From Octopus vulgaris (Eukaryota), in assembly GCA_951406725.2 (NCBI GenBank), contig OX597823.1, forward strand, positions 104,780,001 through 104,844,000: DNA of 64,000 nucleotides, in the 5' to 3' direction. The position numbers and the translations under genes are program-made. Below are positions 51,901-64,000 of the stretch, one piece after another. Under the pieces are notes generated by a model. The model saw only the letters and a program-made list of their open reading frames with translations. It had not been told where the DNA came from and did not search any database. Numbering within the stretch: the stretch's first letter is position 1; each line of letters begins with the position of its first letter.

Positions 51901-53048
51901 GCCACATGACTACCACATTACCATCATGTTACTGTATGACTGTCATATTACTATTATATTCATCATTGTTGATTGCGATTCCTCTGTAGACAATGCTGAA
52001 TCTCTTTTTCTGATGCCATATATTCATTATCCATAAACATGGCAAAAAAAAAAAAAAAATCAAAAAGAAATATAATAATGGAATATAATGAATACTTCAA
52101 GTGGATTTGAAGAAAGTTTTCTGAACAAGACTCTTATATACTGACTGAAGTGTTGCACTGAAGACTTTGGACTGAAGTAAATATTAATATATCAATGACA
52201 GTACAAAAAATATACAGTGCAGTACAGTTTTTACTTCATGGATTTTCACCAATCACGTGGGGTGGGGGTGGGGTTTGGAACAAAGTTGAGAGATTCCTGT
52301 AGTTTGAAATAGAAAATGGCCACAGACCTACTGACACAATTCATCATCATCATTATCATCATCAGCAGCAGCAGCAGCATTTAACGTCTGTTTTCCATGC
52401 TGGCATGGGTTGGATAGTCTGAAGTCTGAAAAGCCAGCAGCTGCACCAGGCTCTGATCTGATCTGGCAAAGTTTCTATAGCTGGATGCCCTTCCTAACGC
52501 CAAACCACTCTGAGAGTGTAGCAGGTACTTTTTACGTGCCACTGGCACAGGAACCAGTCAGGTGGCCCACACATGTTCTTATACACATGCAAACACAAAC
52601 ACATATACAAACACATACAAATACACATAAGTGAGTACACACACACACACACACACATATCTGAATATATGGCGAAGTCTCCTGTTGTAGATGACAGATG
52701 AGAATTCAACAATTTCTTGCGGAGCAATCTGCACAGATGATGTGTATGTAGTGATCAAATGATGGAGCCATGTATTAGCTAATTCCCTGCATCAAATTGA
52801 TATTTCCTGCACAGGTGCATGGTGTGCCATGCCTCAGATGTTGAAGTGATTGCAGAGAAATGTGAAATAAAGGGATTTGCTCAAGAACATGATGCACTGC
52901 TTGATCCAGGAATTGAAACCACAATCTGGACTTTGTGTGTGCAACATGCTAACCACTTAGCCTTGCACCTTCACTACACACACATACATACATACATACA
53001 TACATACATACATACATACATACATACATACATACATACATACATACA

Positions 53049-53085
<37 letters not shown>

Positions 53086-53519
53086 TAATTCATCTACTAC
53101 ACATGTGGGAAATTCTGCCTGTGGGTGTGTTTGTGGAGTTGCTAGCTAACTCCTCCTACATCGTTTTTATCAAATATGATGAGACTTGACACTGGAAACC
53201 TCATGGCATACTCAGATTGTTGAAAAAAAATCGATAATATATCCAATATATTTTATTTTAAAAGCCAGGAGAAATAACCCATCTTTTTCCCAAATTATTT
53301 GGTAAAAATCAAATTGGATCTATTTATTTCTTAGTATTTGAACTTTTAGAGTTATTTTTGCAATTTATTCAGTACACATAAATAAACAAGTAAATAGTAT
53401 TTTCCTAAACAATAGTTCCACTTATTTCGGTTAGTGACTTATTCATGAATATACCAACACTAGTACCCCTGAGGGTAATATTCTCTGTAAATGCACAAAA
53501 ACCGTTTTAAGGGCTACAT

Positions 53520-53640
53520 ACTTTACATTATTTACATTATTTACATTTGACGGATACTTGTCCTCATCTTGTTTGTTGTTAACACAACGTTTTGGCTGAT
53601 ATACCCTCCAGCCTTCTTCAGGTGTCTTGGCGAAATTTCT
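53520..53640 (-). mobile_element. Penelope-like pseudo-LTR end with mutated hammerhead
   Basis: Minus strand: ACAC-CUGAAGA-A-GGCUG-gagggtatat-CAGCC-AAAA-CG-UU-GUGU (GAAA changed to AAAA at a CpG), followed by an (ATGTAAATA)n tail. Confidence 0.7.
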
Positions 53641-53704
53641 GTAGTCAACTGTATTGTCAATCAGGTGGTTCACCAAGAAGTCATACCCAACCATTAGTGT
53701 AGTA

Positions 53705-55572
53705 GTACCATAGTCAACTGCTACACAGGTAAAGGTGACGCTTTAGATAGAAATAATTACAGAGGTATCAGATTGTTGGATCAGATGATGAAAGTTATGA
53801 AGAGAATCATAACCCAACTAATTAGGGAGAGTTAGCCTATATGAGATGCAGTTTGGTTTTGTCCCAGGGAGAAGCACCACTGATGCTATATTTCTAGTAA
53901 GACAGCTGCAGAAAAAATACCTAATCAAAGATAAACCAATGTACTTGGCCTTTGTTATCTTGGAGAAAGCCTTTGACAGGGTCCCCTGATCCATTATCTG
54001 GTGGTCAATGTGAAAGCCAGGGATAGATGAGTGGTTGGTGAGAGCTGTACAAGCTATGTACAGGGATGCTACAAGTAAGGTGAGGGTTGACAATGAGTAC
54101 AGAGAAGAATTCAGGGTATAAGTAGGGGTTTACCATGAATCAGTGTTCTCAACCCCTCTTGTTCATCATAGTCCTCCTGGCGGTAACAGAGGAATTTAAG
54201 ACAGGCTGCTCCTGGGAGCTCCTCTATGCTGATGGCGTTGTTCATATAGCTGAATCCCTACCAGAACTAAAGATGAAGTTTCAGGTATGGAAGGAAAGTC
54301 TAGAATCCAAAGGCCTTAGAGTTATCCAAGCAAAAACCAAAGTCTTAATAAGTAGGAAGGCAGATACATCGCAAATCCCTTCTTGATCTGTAGAAAAGGA
54401 GTAGGTAGAAACTCCATAAGGTGCAACTGGTGTAAACTTTGAACACATAAAAGGTGCTGCAATATCAGAGGAAGGTTAACAGGGAAACTAGCTTTTGTAT
54501 GTGGAAGATACACAGGTAGAATATACTCTGAAAATGTGCAGAAAATAGATTCCATTAATTGCCAGGGAGGCAAGTAGATAGCTTCCGTTATCTAAGTGAG
54601 CAAGTTAGTATTGGAGGTGGATGCTCCGAGAGCATATCTGGGAGAATAAGATTAGGCCAGGCAAAGTTTAGAGAGCTTCTAACCATGCTGCAACAAAGGG
54701 CCTCTCTCTCAGAATGAAAGGCAGATTAAATGATGCCTGTGTGCAAACAGGTATACAACATGGCAGTGAAACATGGGCTGTGACAGCTAAGGACATACAT
54801 AGGCTTGAAAGAAATGAAGCCAGTATGCTTCGCTGGATGTGCAATGTCAGTGTGTATGTACAACAAAGTGTAAGTGTCTTGAGAGAAAAGTTAGGCAGAA
54901 GTGGTATTGGATGTGGTGTGCAAAAGAGATGACTGTGCTGGTATGGTCATGTGATGTGTATGGATGAGGACAGCTGTGTAAAAAAGTGGTGATCTGTAAC
55001 TGTGAAGGGAACCCGTGATAGAGATAGATCCAGAAAGACATGGGACGAAGTAGTGAAGTATAATCTACAAACTTTGAGCCTCACAGAGACAATGACTGGT
55101 GAGTGAGACCATTGGTGATATGCTGTGCTTGAGAAGTCCTGTCAAGCCAAGTGAAATCGTAGACATAGCTGATGTTGGTGTCACATAACTGGCACCTATG
55201 TTGGTGGCACATAATGAGCACTGTTAGAGCATTGGGCATCATGGAGACAAAGTGGCTGAGTTCCTTTCGAGTGTTGAGCCTCACAGAGGTAATGACTGAG
55301 ACCTTTTGTATGATGTCATGCTTGAGAAGAAGACCCATGAAGCCGAGCAAAATTGCCATCATAGTAGATAATGGTGTCACACAAATGGCACTTGTGCCAG
55401 TGATGCATAAACACCCATTACACTCTTGGAGTGGTTGGTATTAGGAAGGACATCCAGCTGTAGAAAACCAGGCCAAATCACAGTGGATTCTGGTGCAGCC
55501 GTCCAGCTTACCAATCCTGGTCAAACTGTCCAACCAATGCCAACATGGACAACGGACGTTAAATGATGATGA
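53705..55572 (+). mobile_element. 5'-truncated RTE LINE (RT to 3' tail), degenerate
   Basis: NYRGIRLLDQ, MQFGFVPGRSTTDAIF, EKAFDRVP, ELLYADG, HGSETWAVT..RLERNEASMLRWMC. Ends ggacgttaaatgatgatg. Confidence 0.93.
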
Positions 55573-56194
55573 AACACACACACTTACATGTATTTAATAT
55601 AATTATAATTTTTAAACACCAAATGTGTGTGTGTTTGTGTTTCTCTTGTTTAAAGACTATATGTTTCAATTTGAGAGAGACTTGGCTATTATCTCTTGCT
55701 GATTGAGTGACAGCATCCAGGCAATTTCTCTCAATGTTTGAGTGTAGTGATAGCGACCAAGGTAGCAGTGATTGAAGGACAAAAATCTATGTTTCCTTTG
55801 CTTAATGATGTGAAACTGGAGCAAAGCTATGCACCAACGTTTAACAGCCACTGGGAGCTGTTTGAAACATATTTTATAATATAATTATACACTGGTAGGT
55901 AGATACAGAGATAAAGCGAAGCCAGTCATCAATCTTTATTTTTTGGTAAATATTATATCTCGTATTGCGAACAACAGCACCATTGCTTGCAGTTTCCTGA
56001 CAGATCGGTCACTGGTTTATTGTATTTATGTTAGTGAAAATAACATGTAACTGTCAGTACAACTTGGGTGGAACAAATACTATGTATGGTATTAGGGTAT
56101 TATAGCTTGAAAGCACTTGTTTATTGATGTTCTTCCTCGTGCTAACAAATTTTACTGATGTACATTGACAAAAGATATGCACATACATATGCAG

Positions 56195-56225
<31 letters not shown>

Positions 56226-56239
56226 CACACACACATACA

Positions 56240-56455
56240 CAAGGGTGTGCTGAAAAGTTCCTGGCTTTAAGGGTGTTGCAACAGGCCTGGTTGGAGATCC
56301 AACCCGCCAAGTTATTTTACAGGGCTTAGAAAAGCTGGACTGCTACAATAAGTGTGTGAGTCTGAGAAGGGAATATGGTGAATAAAATCATAATTAATTG
56401 ATCTTCCTGTATTTTCTTCTACCAAAAGCCAGGAACATTCTGGCACCTGCTTGTA
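56240..56455. mobile_element. Mariner-type MITE
   Basis: caagggtgtgctgaaaagttcctggcttt / aaagccaggaacattctggcacctgcttg-ta. Confidence 0.65.
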
Positions 56456-56534
56456 TGTGCATATACATACATACATACATACATACATACATACATACAT
56501 ACATACATGAATACATACATACATGGGGAGACCT

Positions 56535-56918
56535 ATCGAGTCAAGTACATCAACATTAAATAATCTTCAAATGGAAACTGTAGTTGTGATACCTGTGCCA
56601 GTGGCATGTAAAAAGCACCATCCGAACGTAGCCAATGCCAGCGCCGCCTTGAGTGGCTTCTGTGCTGGTGACATGTAAAAAGCACCAACCTATCATGGCC
56701 ATTGCTAGCCTTCCCTGGCACCTGTGCCGGTGGCACGTAAAAAGCACCCACTACACTCACAGAATGGTTGGCGTTAGGAAGGGCATCCAGCTGTAGAAAC
56801 ACTGCCAGATCAGACTGGAGCCTGGTGCAGCTTCCTGGCTTCCCAGACCCCGGTCGAACTGTCCAACCCATGCTAGCACGGAAAACGGATGTTAAACAAT
56901 GATGATGATGATGATGAT
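56535..56918 (+). mobile_element. RTE 3' UTR fragment
   Basis: Three tgtgcc.gtggca.gtaaaaagcacc units and a (GAT)n tail. Confidence 0.87.
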
Positions 56919-56961
56919 ACATACATATGTATATATATATATATATATATATACATATATA

Positions 56962-57170
56962 TACTTTATTTAAAAGCAGCAGAAATATATCAAAAGCTGT
57001 TACTCAGAATTTCACGTTCCCGTTTGTTGGACAGTTTTCTTTTCATTTAAAAAAAAAACTGACTGACGATTACTAAAAGTAATAGGCTTTCAAATAAAGC
57101 ATATTACTCTACCGCTGGTATTTGAGTACTCTTTTTTTCCACCTTGTTTCACATTTATGTGCTTACTCCA

Positions 57171-57172
<2 letters not shown>
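56962..57172 (-). mobile_element. Short Penelope-like insertion, same family as 60821-62245
   Basis: 56962-57040 is the reverse complement of 62170-62245 (degenerate hammerhead). 57110-57170 is the reverse complement of 60821-60880. Both flanks are (TA)n. Confidence 0.72.
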
Positions 57173-57215
<43 letters not shown>

Positions 57216-57871
57216 ATATATACATATATATATATGAAATACACATATACATAAAGTATAGAAAGAGGAAATAAAACAAAATATGTAACCAAACAATGTA
57301 TGTATATAAATGTGTGTATATCACATATATGATGTAGAACAAAAGACTTTGATGCCAAATAATATACTGATTCGTATATTAGTATTATAAATAGCAATAA
57401 AGTAAAAATGAATATTAGAGCATGAAGACACCTGTAAGGGCTACAGTTACTCTGCTGCAACAGAATTGTCTTTTACTTGGAACTTCTGAGGTCGTCTATG
57501 AAAAGCTGTGGAAATGTTTCAAAACAGCCGACAGTCATATATATCAAAGTCAATGAGGTTGACCCTCTTCAGGGAATGTGTAGAGTGCCGTTTTCTCTAT
57601 GGAGTCACAGCATAGACTATAAAGAAAGATCACTTTCATTCTCACGACAGCTCAAAATATTTCATGGCAAGAGAACATGACCAAAGAGATCCTTGGACAA
57701 ATTTCATCCCTCTCGACTATTGTTAGCCAACACAGAGTTGTTTTTGCTGACCACCGCTGTCATGTTAGACAACAGCCTATATAGGATCATTTTATTGTTG
57801 CTTTTTAATTGTGACAGTCATTGGGTTTTGACCACACACACACATAATTGTGACAGTCATTGGGTTTTGAC

Positions 57872-57905
<34 letters not shown>

Positions 57906-58156
57906 TATATACACATATACATACACATATACACAAGTGTACAGATATACACACACACACACACATACATACACACATACACAGGTGTGTGCAGATACAC
58001 ACATACATACACATTCAACATATTCACACACGTATGGGAATATACATAAATACTCCCACACATGTATACACACATTAGCACACTTATGCATAGATATACA
58101 AATGTCAGATGGACTGGGTAGAATAAAAAAAGACATTTAGTATATTGTCCTCTCTC

Positions 58157-58203
<47 letters not shown>

Positions 58204-58205
<2 letters not shown>

Positions 58206-60772
58206 TGCTCATTTACTCGAAGCGATAAGATTCGTTTCAGCTTCGCATGACTGTTTCAGCTTCGCATGACTGTTTCAGCTTCGCATGACTGTTTCAGCTT
58301 CGCATGACTGTTTGATTCTAGGAGACTTCAACGCTCCCACGATCGATTGGCCCGCATCAATTTGTACAACATCTTCCCGGTTCAGCCAGGCCCTTCTTGA
58401 CGTGGCTGAAGATTGTTTTCTATCGCAACATGTTGAATATCCGACAAGGCATCGGTCTGGGCAGCAGCCATCTATGCTGGATCTGGTATTCTCCCGCTAT
58501 CCAAGATCAGTGTCAGACGTATCTGTGTGCACCCCTCTTGCCAAGAGTGATCATGCGGTCCTGAAGTTCGTCATGCACACAACTTTTTCTACGCCCACGA
58601 CTACTTCGCTGCCACGTAGAGTCCTCTCTGCAATTAATCTTGAAATTCTAACCGAGGCTTCCGTGCTTCTGGACTGGCGATCCCTGATGACGTTGTCCTC
58701 AGTTGACGAACTATGGTCATCCCTCAAAGCATATGTAATCTGGTTGACTGACCAGGCAGTTCCCGTTGGGCTTCCCAAGAAGAAGAAACACAAGCCCTGG
58801 GTGACGAAGAAGGTTAAACGAGAACTTTGGGTCAGAGATATTGCTTGGGCTGAATTCAAATATCTGGATTCGACTGCAGCTTTTGAGGTGTACAAAACTC
58901 AACGAGACCGAGCCGTGAAAATTGAAAAGGAAGAACGCTTCAGTTATGAATACAAAATCGTGGCAAATGCCAGTAGCAATCCAAAAACCTTCTTTGCCCA
59001 TGTCCAACGGAATGAACGCTTGAACAACCAGATTGCAACGTTGGTAGACTCAACAGGCGTATCGATTGAGGACCCTTATCAACAGAGTCAATTATTTGCC
59101 GAGGCTTTTTCAACTATTTTCAAACAAGATGATGGTCGTGAACCCCCTCCATTTGATGGATCGGTACCTCCAATGCTTTGATTGGTCATCACGCGGGACG
59201 AAGTTAAACGTGTTATTCAAGGCCTCGATGTCAACAAGGGTCACGGCCCTGACGGCATACACCCACGGGTTATCAAAGCATTGGCTCCGGTCATCTGCGA
59301 ACCCTTAACACGTCTATTCAATATGTCATTGGCGACGGATGTTATACCTGCGGACTGGAGAACAGCGATAATCTGCCCAATTTTCAAGAAAGGGAGCCGT
59401 GAAGACCCGCTTAACTACCGACCAGTTTCCCTTACTTAAATAATCAGCAAGATGTTTGAAACCATCCTCAAGAAAAGTATGTTGCTCCACCTCCAAAACA
59501 CAACCTCTATCTCTGATTCCTAACACGGTTTCATGCCGAAGAGATCATGCTTGATCAACTTACTGGTAATGGAAGAATTGGTGACGCGCATCCTGGATGA
59601 TAGTGATGCTGTTGACATCGTTTTATTGAACTTTGCCAAAGCTTTTGACTCGGTTAACCACCGCCTATTACTTGTCAAGCTTCAAGCATATAGTTTCCAT
59701 CCGGATATTGTACGATGGATTGGTGCCTTCCTCTCAGATCGCTCCTTCCAAGTCCAAGTTAATGGCTTGCTGTCCGACGTCTCCAGTGCGAGCAGTGGCG
59801 TGCCTCAAGGTTCAGTGCTTGGGCCATTATTGTTCTTAGTCTTCATAAATGACTTGTCCAACGACCTCACGCAACACACCCTTCTATTTGCCGACGATAT
59901 CAAACTGGTCGCTCCTCGCGGTGATATAGAGGATCTTCGTCGATGCCTCCACCAAATTTGGAAGTGGTCTAACGAATGGGACCTGTGTCTGAACGTGTCA
60001 AAGTGCTGTCATCTGCCTGTTGGCTCTCCTCTTGCATGCAACTCAACTTGATTTCGAGCCGGGTCGTCTGCTGCTGGAGAGGACCGATCAGGTAAAGGAC
60101 CTGGGTATCTTGGTGGACTCCTCGTTTTCACCTTCGGCCCAGTGTGTCCATGCTGCCAACAAAGCACGCGGAATTCTGTTCTTGATTCGATGGTCATTCG
60201 GAATGCTCACAGCAGCCATACTCCTACCACTCTATGTCACGCTGGTGAGACCCATATTGGAGTACGGGATTCAAGCCTCTTCTCCTTATCTCCTCAAAGA
60301 CATACAGCATCTCGAAAGAGTCCAGAAGCTGGCTACGCGCATGGTTCATGGTCTCAAAAATTTGTACTATGAAGAAAGGCTGAGGATGCTCGACCTTTAT
60401 TCTCTAGAAAAACGCCGCCACTGTGGTGATCTCATTCTCGCCCACAACATCATAAGCGGAAAGTGTAACCTCTCGAAAGAGCTGTTCTTCACTCCTGCTC
60501 CAGAGCGTCGGCTGCGGGGTCATTCCAAAAAGCTCTACCTGCGACGATTTCATCTCAATCGAAGGAGAGGAGCTTACTCCGTCCGGGTTGCGGATCCGTG
60601 GAACAAGCTGCCAGATGAGATGGTGAAGATGCCGATGACCGCTTTGTTCAAAGCCTCCTTTGACCTCAAGTGGCCTGAACTCTTTACATGAACACCACCC
60701 TGTACTTAACTCCATGTCCCCCTACATGGCCTTGCTATTTGCTTTTGAGCCAAATTAACTAACTAACTAACT

Positions 60773-60775
<3 letters not shown>
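58204..60775 (+). mobile_element. 5'-truncated CR1-like LINE ORF2 (part of APE plus RT) with (TAAC)n tail
   Basis: LILGDFN, LDLVF, KSDH (APE). GPDGIHP, NYRPVSLT, FAKAFDSV, GVPQGSVLGP, FADD, LVRPILEY, WNKLP. Several stops and one frameshift. 3' hairpin ccatgt..acatgg followed by aactaactaactaac. Confidence 0.95.
58234..58313 (+). repeat. Four perfect 19-bp tandem repeats gtttcagcttcgcatgact
   Basis: Units start at 58234, 58253, 58272 and 58291. Confidence 0.97.
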
Positions 60776-60820
<45 letters not shown>

Positions 60821-60822
<2 letters not shown>

Positions 60823-62243
60823 GGAGTAAACACATAAATGTGAAACAAGGTGGAAAAAAGAGTACTCAAATACCAGTGGTGGGAACTAAAAGAAAAGGAA
60901 GCCCCACCTTTCAACGTGACATGGAGCATTCTGGACAGGGCGGCACCATACAGGCATGGAGCTTACAAAAATAATTTCAAGTGCAGACTTTGTCTATTAG
61001 AGAAAATGTATATCTTATTCAAAGACAATAATTCTTTGAATCAAAGAAGTGAGTTAATGAACTTATGTAGGCACGCGGCTAAATTTAAAATGTCGAATAT
61101 AAATATACCATATGGATAGGGTATATATTTTGTATTTTTGATTTTTGATTTTGATTTTGACTCTTGAGCGCTATGATGGATTGTGTTTCCATGCTATGCG
61201 GATCTTAATCCGTATAGCAAAGTCTTATGTTTCTACATATATATTAGGAAAAACCTACAAACTTTGTTTTCATGTTATTGTATTGCATAGGATTACCTTG
61301 ATTATTTATATTACCTTGATTATTTATAAATGACCCAAAATAGGATGTTATATTTTATTTTATATGTCTTTCGTATATATTTTTTTTAATGCACCCATTT
61401 TTAAAAGCAATGTTTTTTAAAAAAAGCAATGTTGTCAAAATTAGAATGTTTATATAAGTATGTGTATAGCAAAGCATATGTATTTGTAAGCATGCGTATC
61501 TGTGTATGTGTAAGTGAAAGTATGTTTGTGCTTAAGCACACATATACACGACGGTATGTATATGTATCCATTCAAACTTGTGTATGTATACTGGTCTCTA
61601 TAGATGCCAATAACATCGTTACACTGCTTATTTCGTTTTTTCCCCACCCCTCCTTCGTTTCTTTTTTCTCTCTCTCCCTTTCTTTCGTTCCCCCTCCTTG
61701 CCCAGTATATGAGAATTGCTACATAGATGAATTTTAGCTTGCGTGCGAGACGGTTTGCATGAATATATGTACACATGCTTTTATGTGTATATTTAGATTC
61801 ATATTCATACGTCTGTATATGTATGTATGGCGTTTACGCGCATCCTTTTGTGTATGTTGATATATATATGTAGATTTTAATATAAATATGTATTGCAGTA
61901 TTTATAACAGGTTTAATTTCTATGCATTAATTTGCACTGTCTTCATTAACGTCAATGGTTTTTCCTCGGATTTTATAATTTTTATAAGTTTTTATATATA
62001 ATTTTTATAAGTTTTTTATATATATATACATATATCTTTGACCTTTTTGTTTATCGCTCGAAGATTGACCGTTTTTTCTAAAGGGCCAATCAAACAAGTC
62101 CATTTCTTTTTAAAGGTGTAGCGTTTGTAAGAGTATAGATTGAATTGATATATCAGTTCCATTCTAGCAAAAACTGTCTGATGAACGGCAACGAGAAACT
62201 CAGAGTAACAGATTTTGTTGAATTTTCTGCTGCTTAAAATAAA

Positions 62244-62245
<2 letters not shown>
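60821..62245 (+). mobile_element. 5'-truncated Penelope-like element: inverted tail, GIY-YIG C-terminus, long AT-rich 3' region, hammerhead
   Basis: WELKEK..PFNVTWSILDRAAPY....KCRLCLLEK..ILFK...LNQRSELMNLCRH..KF is the typical end of a Penelope endonuclease. Both flanks are (TA)n. Confidence 0.82.
62174..62211 (+). ncRNA. Minimal type I hammerhead ribozyme motif
   Basis: ctgt / CTGATGA (62178-84) / acg-gcaa-cga / GAAA (62195-98) / ctc-a-gag / TA / acag. Predicted GUA cleavage after 62207. Confidence 0.7.
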
Positions 62246-62292
<47 letters not shown>

Positions 62293-62295
<3 letters not shown>

Positions 62296-62590
62296 TCATC
62301 ATCATCATCGTTTAACGTCCGTTTTCCGCGCTAGCACGGGTTGGACGGTTCAACCGGGGTCTGGGAAGCCAGGGGCTGCACCAGGCTCCAGTCTGATCTG
62401 GCAGAGTTTCTACAGCTGGATGCCCTTCCTAACGCTAACCACTCCGCGAGTGTAGTGGGTGCTTTTTACGTGCCACCTGCACAGGTGCCAGGGGGGTCCA
62501 GCATCGGCCACGATTGGTTGGAGCTTTTAACGTGCCACCGGCACGGAAGCCAGCCAACGGCCACATTCGGATGGTGCTTTTTATGTGACT
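62293..62590 (-). mobile_element. RTE 3' UTR fragment
   Basis: (CAT)n followed by cgtttaacgtccgttttccgcgctagcacgggttggac... Confidence 0.87.
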
Positions 62591-62777
62591 AGGCAGGGGG
62601 TTGAGTTTTTGAGCAAAAAAACAGTTCACATAGCTCCAAGATCACTCACTCATAAAATGAATTCCAGGAATAGGTGGGAAGTTAAACAGATCTCAATGAA
62701 GGCTGTGACCTGTGGCTAAGCAATTAAAAAAGAAAAAAAAGGATGAATGTGATTATAAATATATATATATATTCAAT

Positions 62778-62983
62778 ATGTGACTGCGTGTGTATCATTG
62801 GCGATTTTTTCCCCTCCATCTTCTCTTCCTTGGATCTTTCCTTTTCCTATGTTTCGGACGAATAGCTCCGCTCAAAAAGTTAAATCCTCCTCATTTCTTT
62901 CCTTTCCTGAGTGTCCAATAACACTATACTTGTTCCACGTCCTCGTGTTGTTGTGTTTTCTCTTTGTGCTTTCATGTTTGGAT

Positions 62984-62990
<7 letters not shown>
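62778..62990 (+). mobile_element. Penelope-like pseudo-LTR fragment with degenerate hammerhead
   Basis: ttt-cggacga-a-tagc-tcc-gctc-aaaa-ag-tt-aaa at 62852-62884. Related to the 16878 family; flanked by (TA)n. Confidence 0.45.
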
Positions 62991-63033
<43 letters not shown>

Positions 63034-63042
63034 TGTTTATAA

Positions 63043-63705
63043 CATCATCATCATTGTTTAACGTCCGTTTTCCATGCTAGCATGGGTTGGACAGTTTGAC
63101 CGGGGTCTGGGAAGCCAGGAGGCTGCACCAGGCTCCAATCTGATCTGGCAGAGTTTCTACAGTTGGATGCCCTTCCTAACGCCAACCACTCCAAGAGTGT
63201 AGTGGGTGCTTTTTACGTACCACCTGCATGGGGGCCAGTGAGGCGGTACTGGCAATGACCTTGCTCGAATCTTTTTACACATGCCAGTGAAGCAATGTTG
63301 GTAACGATCACACTTGATTGATGCCCTTTTACGTGCCACGGGTACGGAAGCTAGTTAGCTGCTCTGGCAATGATGACACTCAGATGGTGTTCTTGGCACC
63401 CTCCTAGCACAGGCATAAGTGCCAGTAAGGCAACGCTGGTAACGATCATACTTGAATAGCTGCTCTGTCAACAATCACACTCGTATGGTGCTCTTCGCAC
63501 CTTGCTAGCACAAATGCCAGTCATCAAAATGATTTTGATTTTGATTTTGATTTCACTTGCCTCAACAGGTCTTCGCAAGCTAGGTTTAGTGACCAAAGAA
63601 GGAAAAGTTATGCATAAGTGGGCTGGTTATGCTCCTGGTATAGGCCACGGGTTATGGTCTCATCTGGTTTGCCGGGTCTTCTCGAGCAGAGCATATTTCC
63701 AAAAG
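63043..63705 (-). mobile_element. RTE 3' UTR fragment (long)
   Basis: Same tail as other RTE copies. Its repeat units match 25228-25440 and its distal part matches 49050-49225. Confidence 0.87.
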
Positions 63706-63717
63706 TATATATTTATA

Positions 63718-63766
<49 letters not shown>

Positions 63767-64000
63767 TCTATGTGTCTGTCTATTGTCTCTATCTCTTTCT
63801 ATACACACACACACACACACGCACGCATATATATTATATATATATATACATATATATACATACATAGATATGAGTGTGTGCTTGCACCCATATATTCACA
63901 CACACACGCACATACAGATACATGAATACACACATACACATATACATACACATGTTTGTATATAAGTATATACATGTATATATGCACATAAACATTATGT

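Noticed and set aside
57400-57790. Unique-looking sequence, possible exon (also 49400-49750)
   Set aside because: No convincing ORF, domain or splice-site pair visible.
57806-57885. 39-bp tandem duplication (also a short one at 10360-10408)
   Set aside because: Ordinary slippage next to simple repeats.
58234-58313. CRISPR or regulatory repeat
   Set aside because: No spacers; the unit is amplified LINE coding sequence.

Overview
AT-rich, repeat-saturated eukaryotic DNA. The SINE, RTE and microsatellite repertoire is typical of an octopus-type cephalopod genome (inference). I can support no host-gene exon; most listed ORFs are microsatellite translations. The window contains: (1) a near-intact 6.1 kb Tx1-type (L1 clade) LINE at 30481-36593, sitting inside a (TATC)n array, whose reading-frame breaks all fall in or next to A-runs; (2) a tRNA-head SINE subfamily whose 3' tail matches the 3' end of that Tx1 element; (3) many Penelope-like remnants, mostly in (TA)n, forming hairpin-plus-tail structures and carrying minimal hammerhead-ribozyme motifs, including an inverted back-to-back pair at 13408-13552 and one at 62174-62211; (4) decayed RTE, CR1-like and R4/Dong LINEs, Tc1/mariner relics (one DD37D), non-autonomous Helitrons, MITEs and at least four SINE families. 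Everything was read by eye. Family names come from motif recognition, not database searches, and boundaries of decayed elements are approximate.
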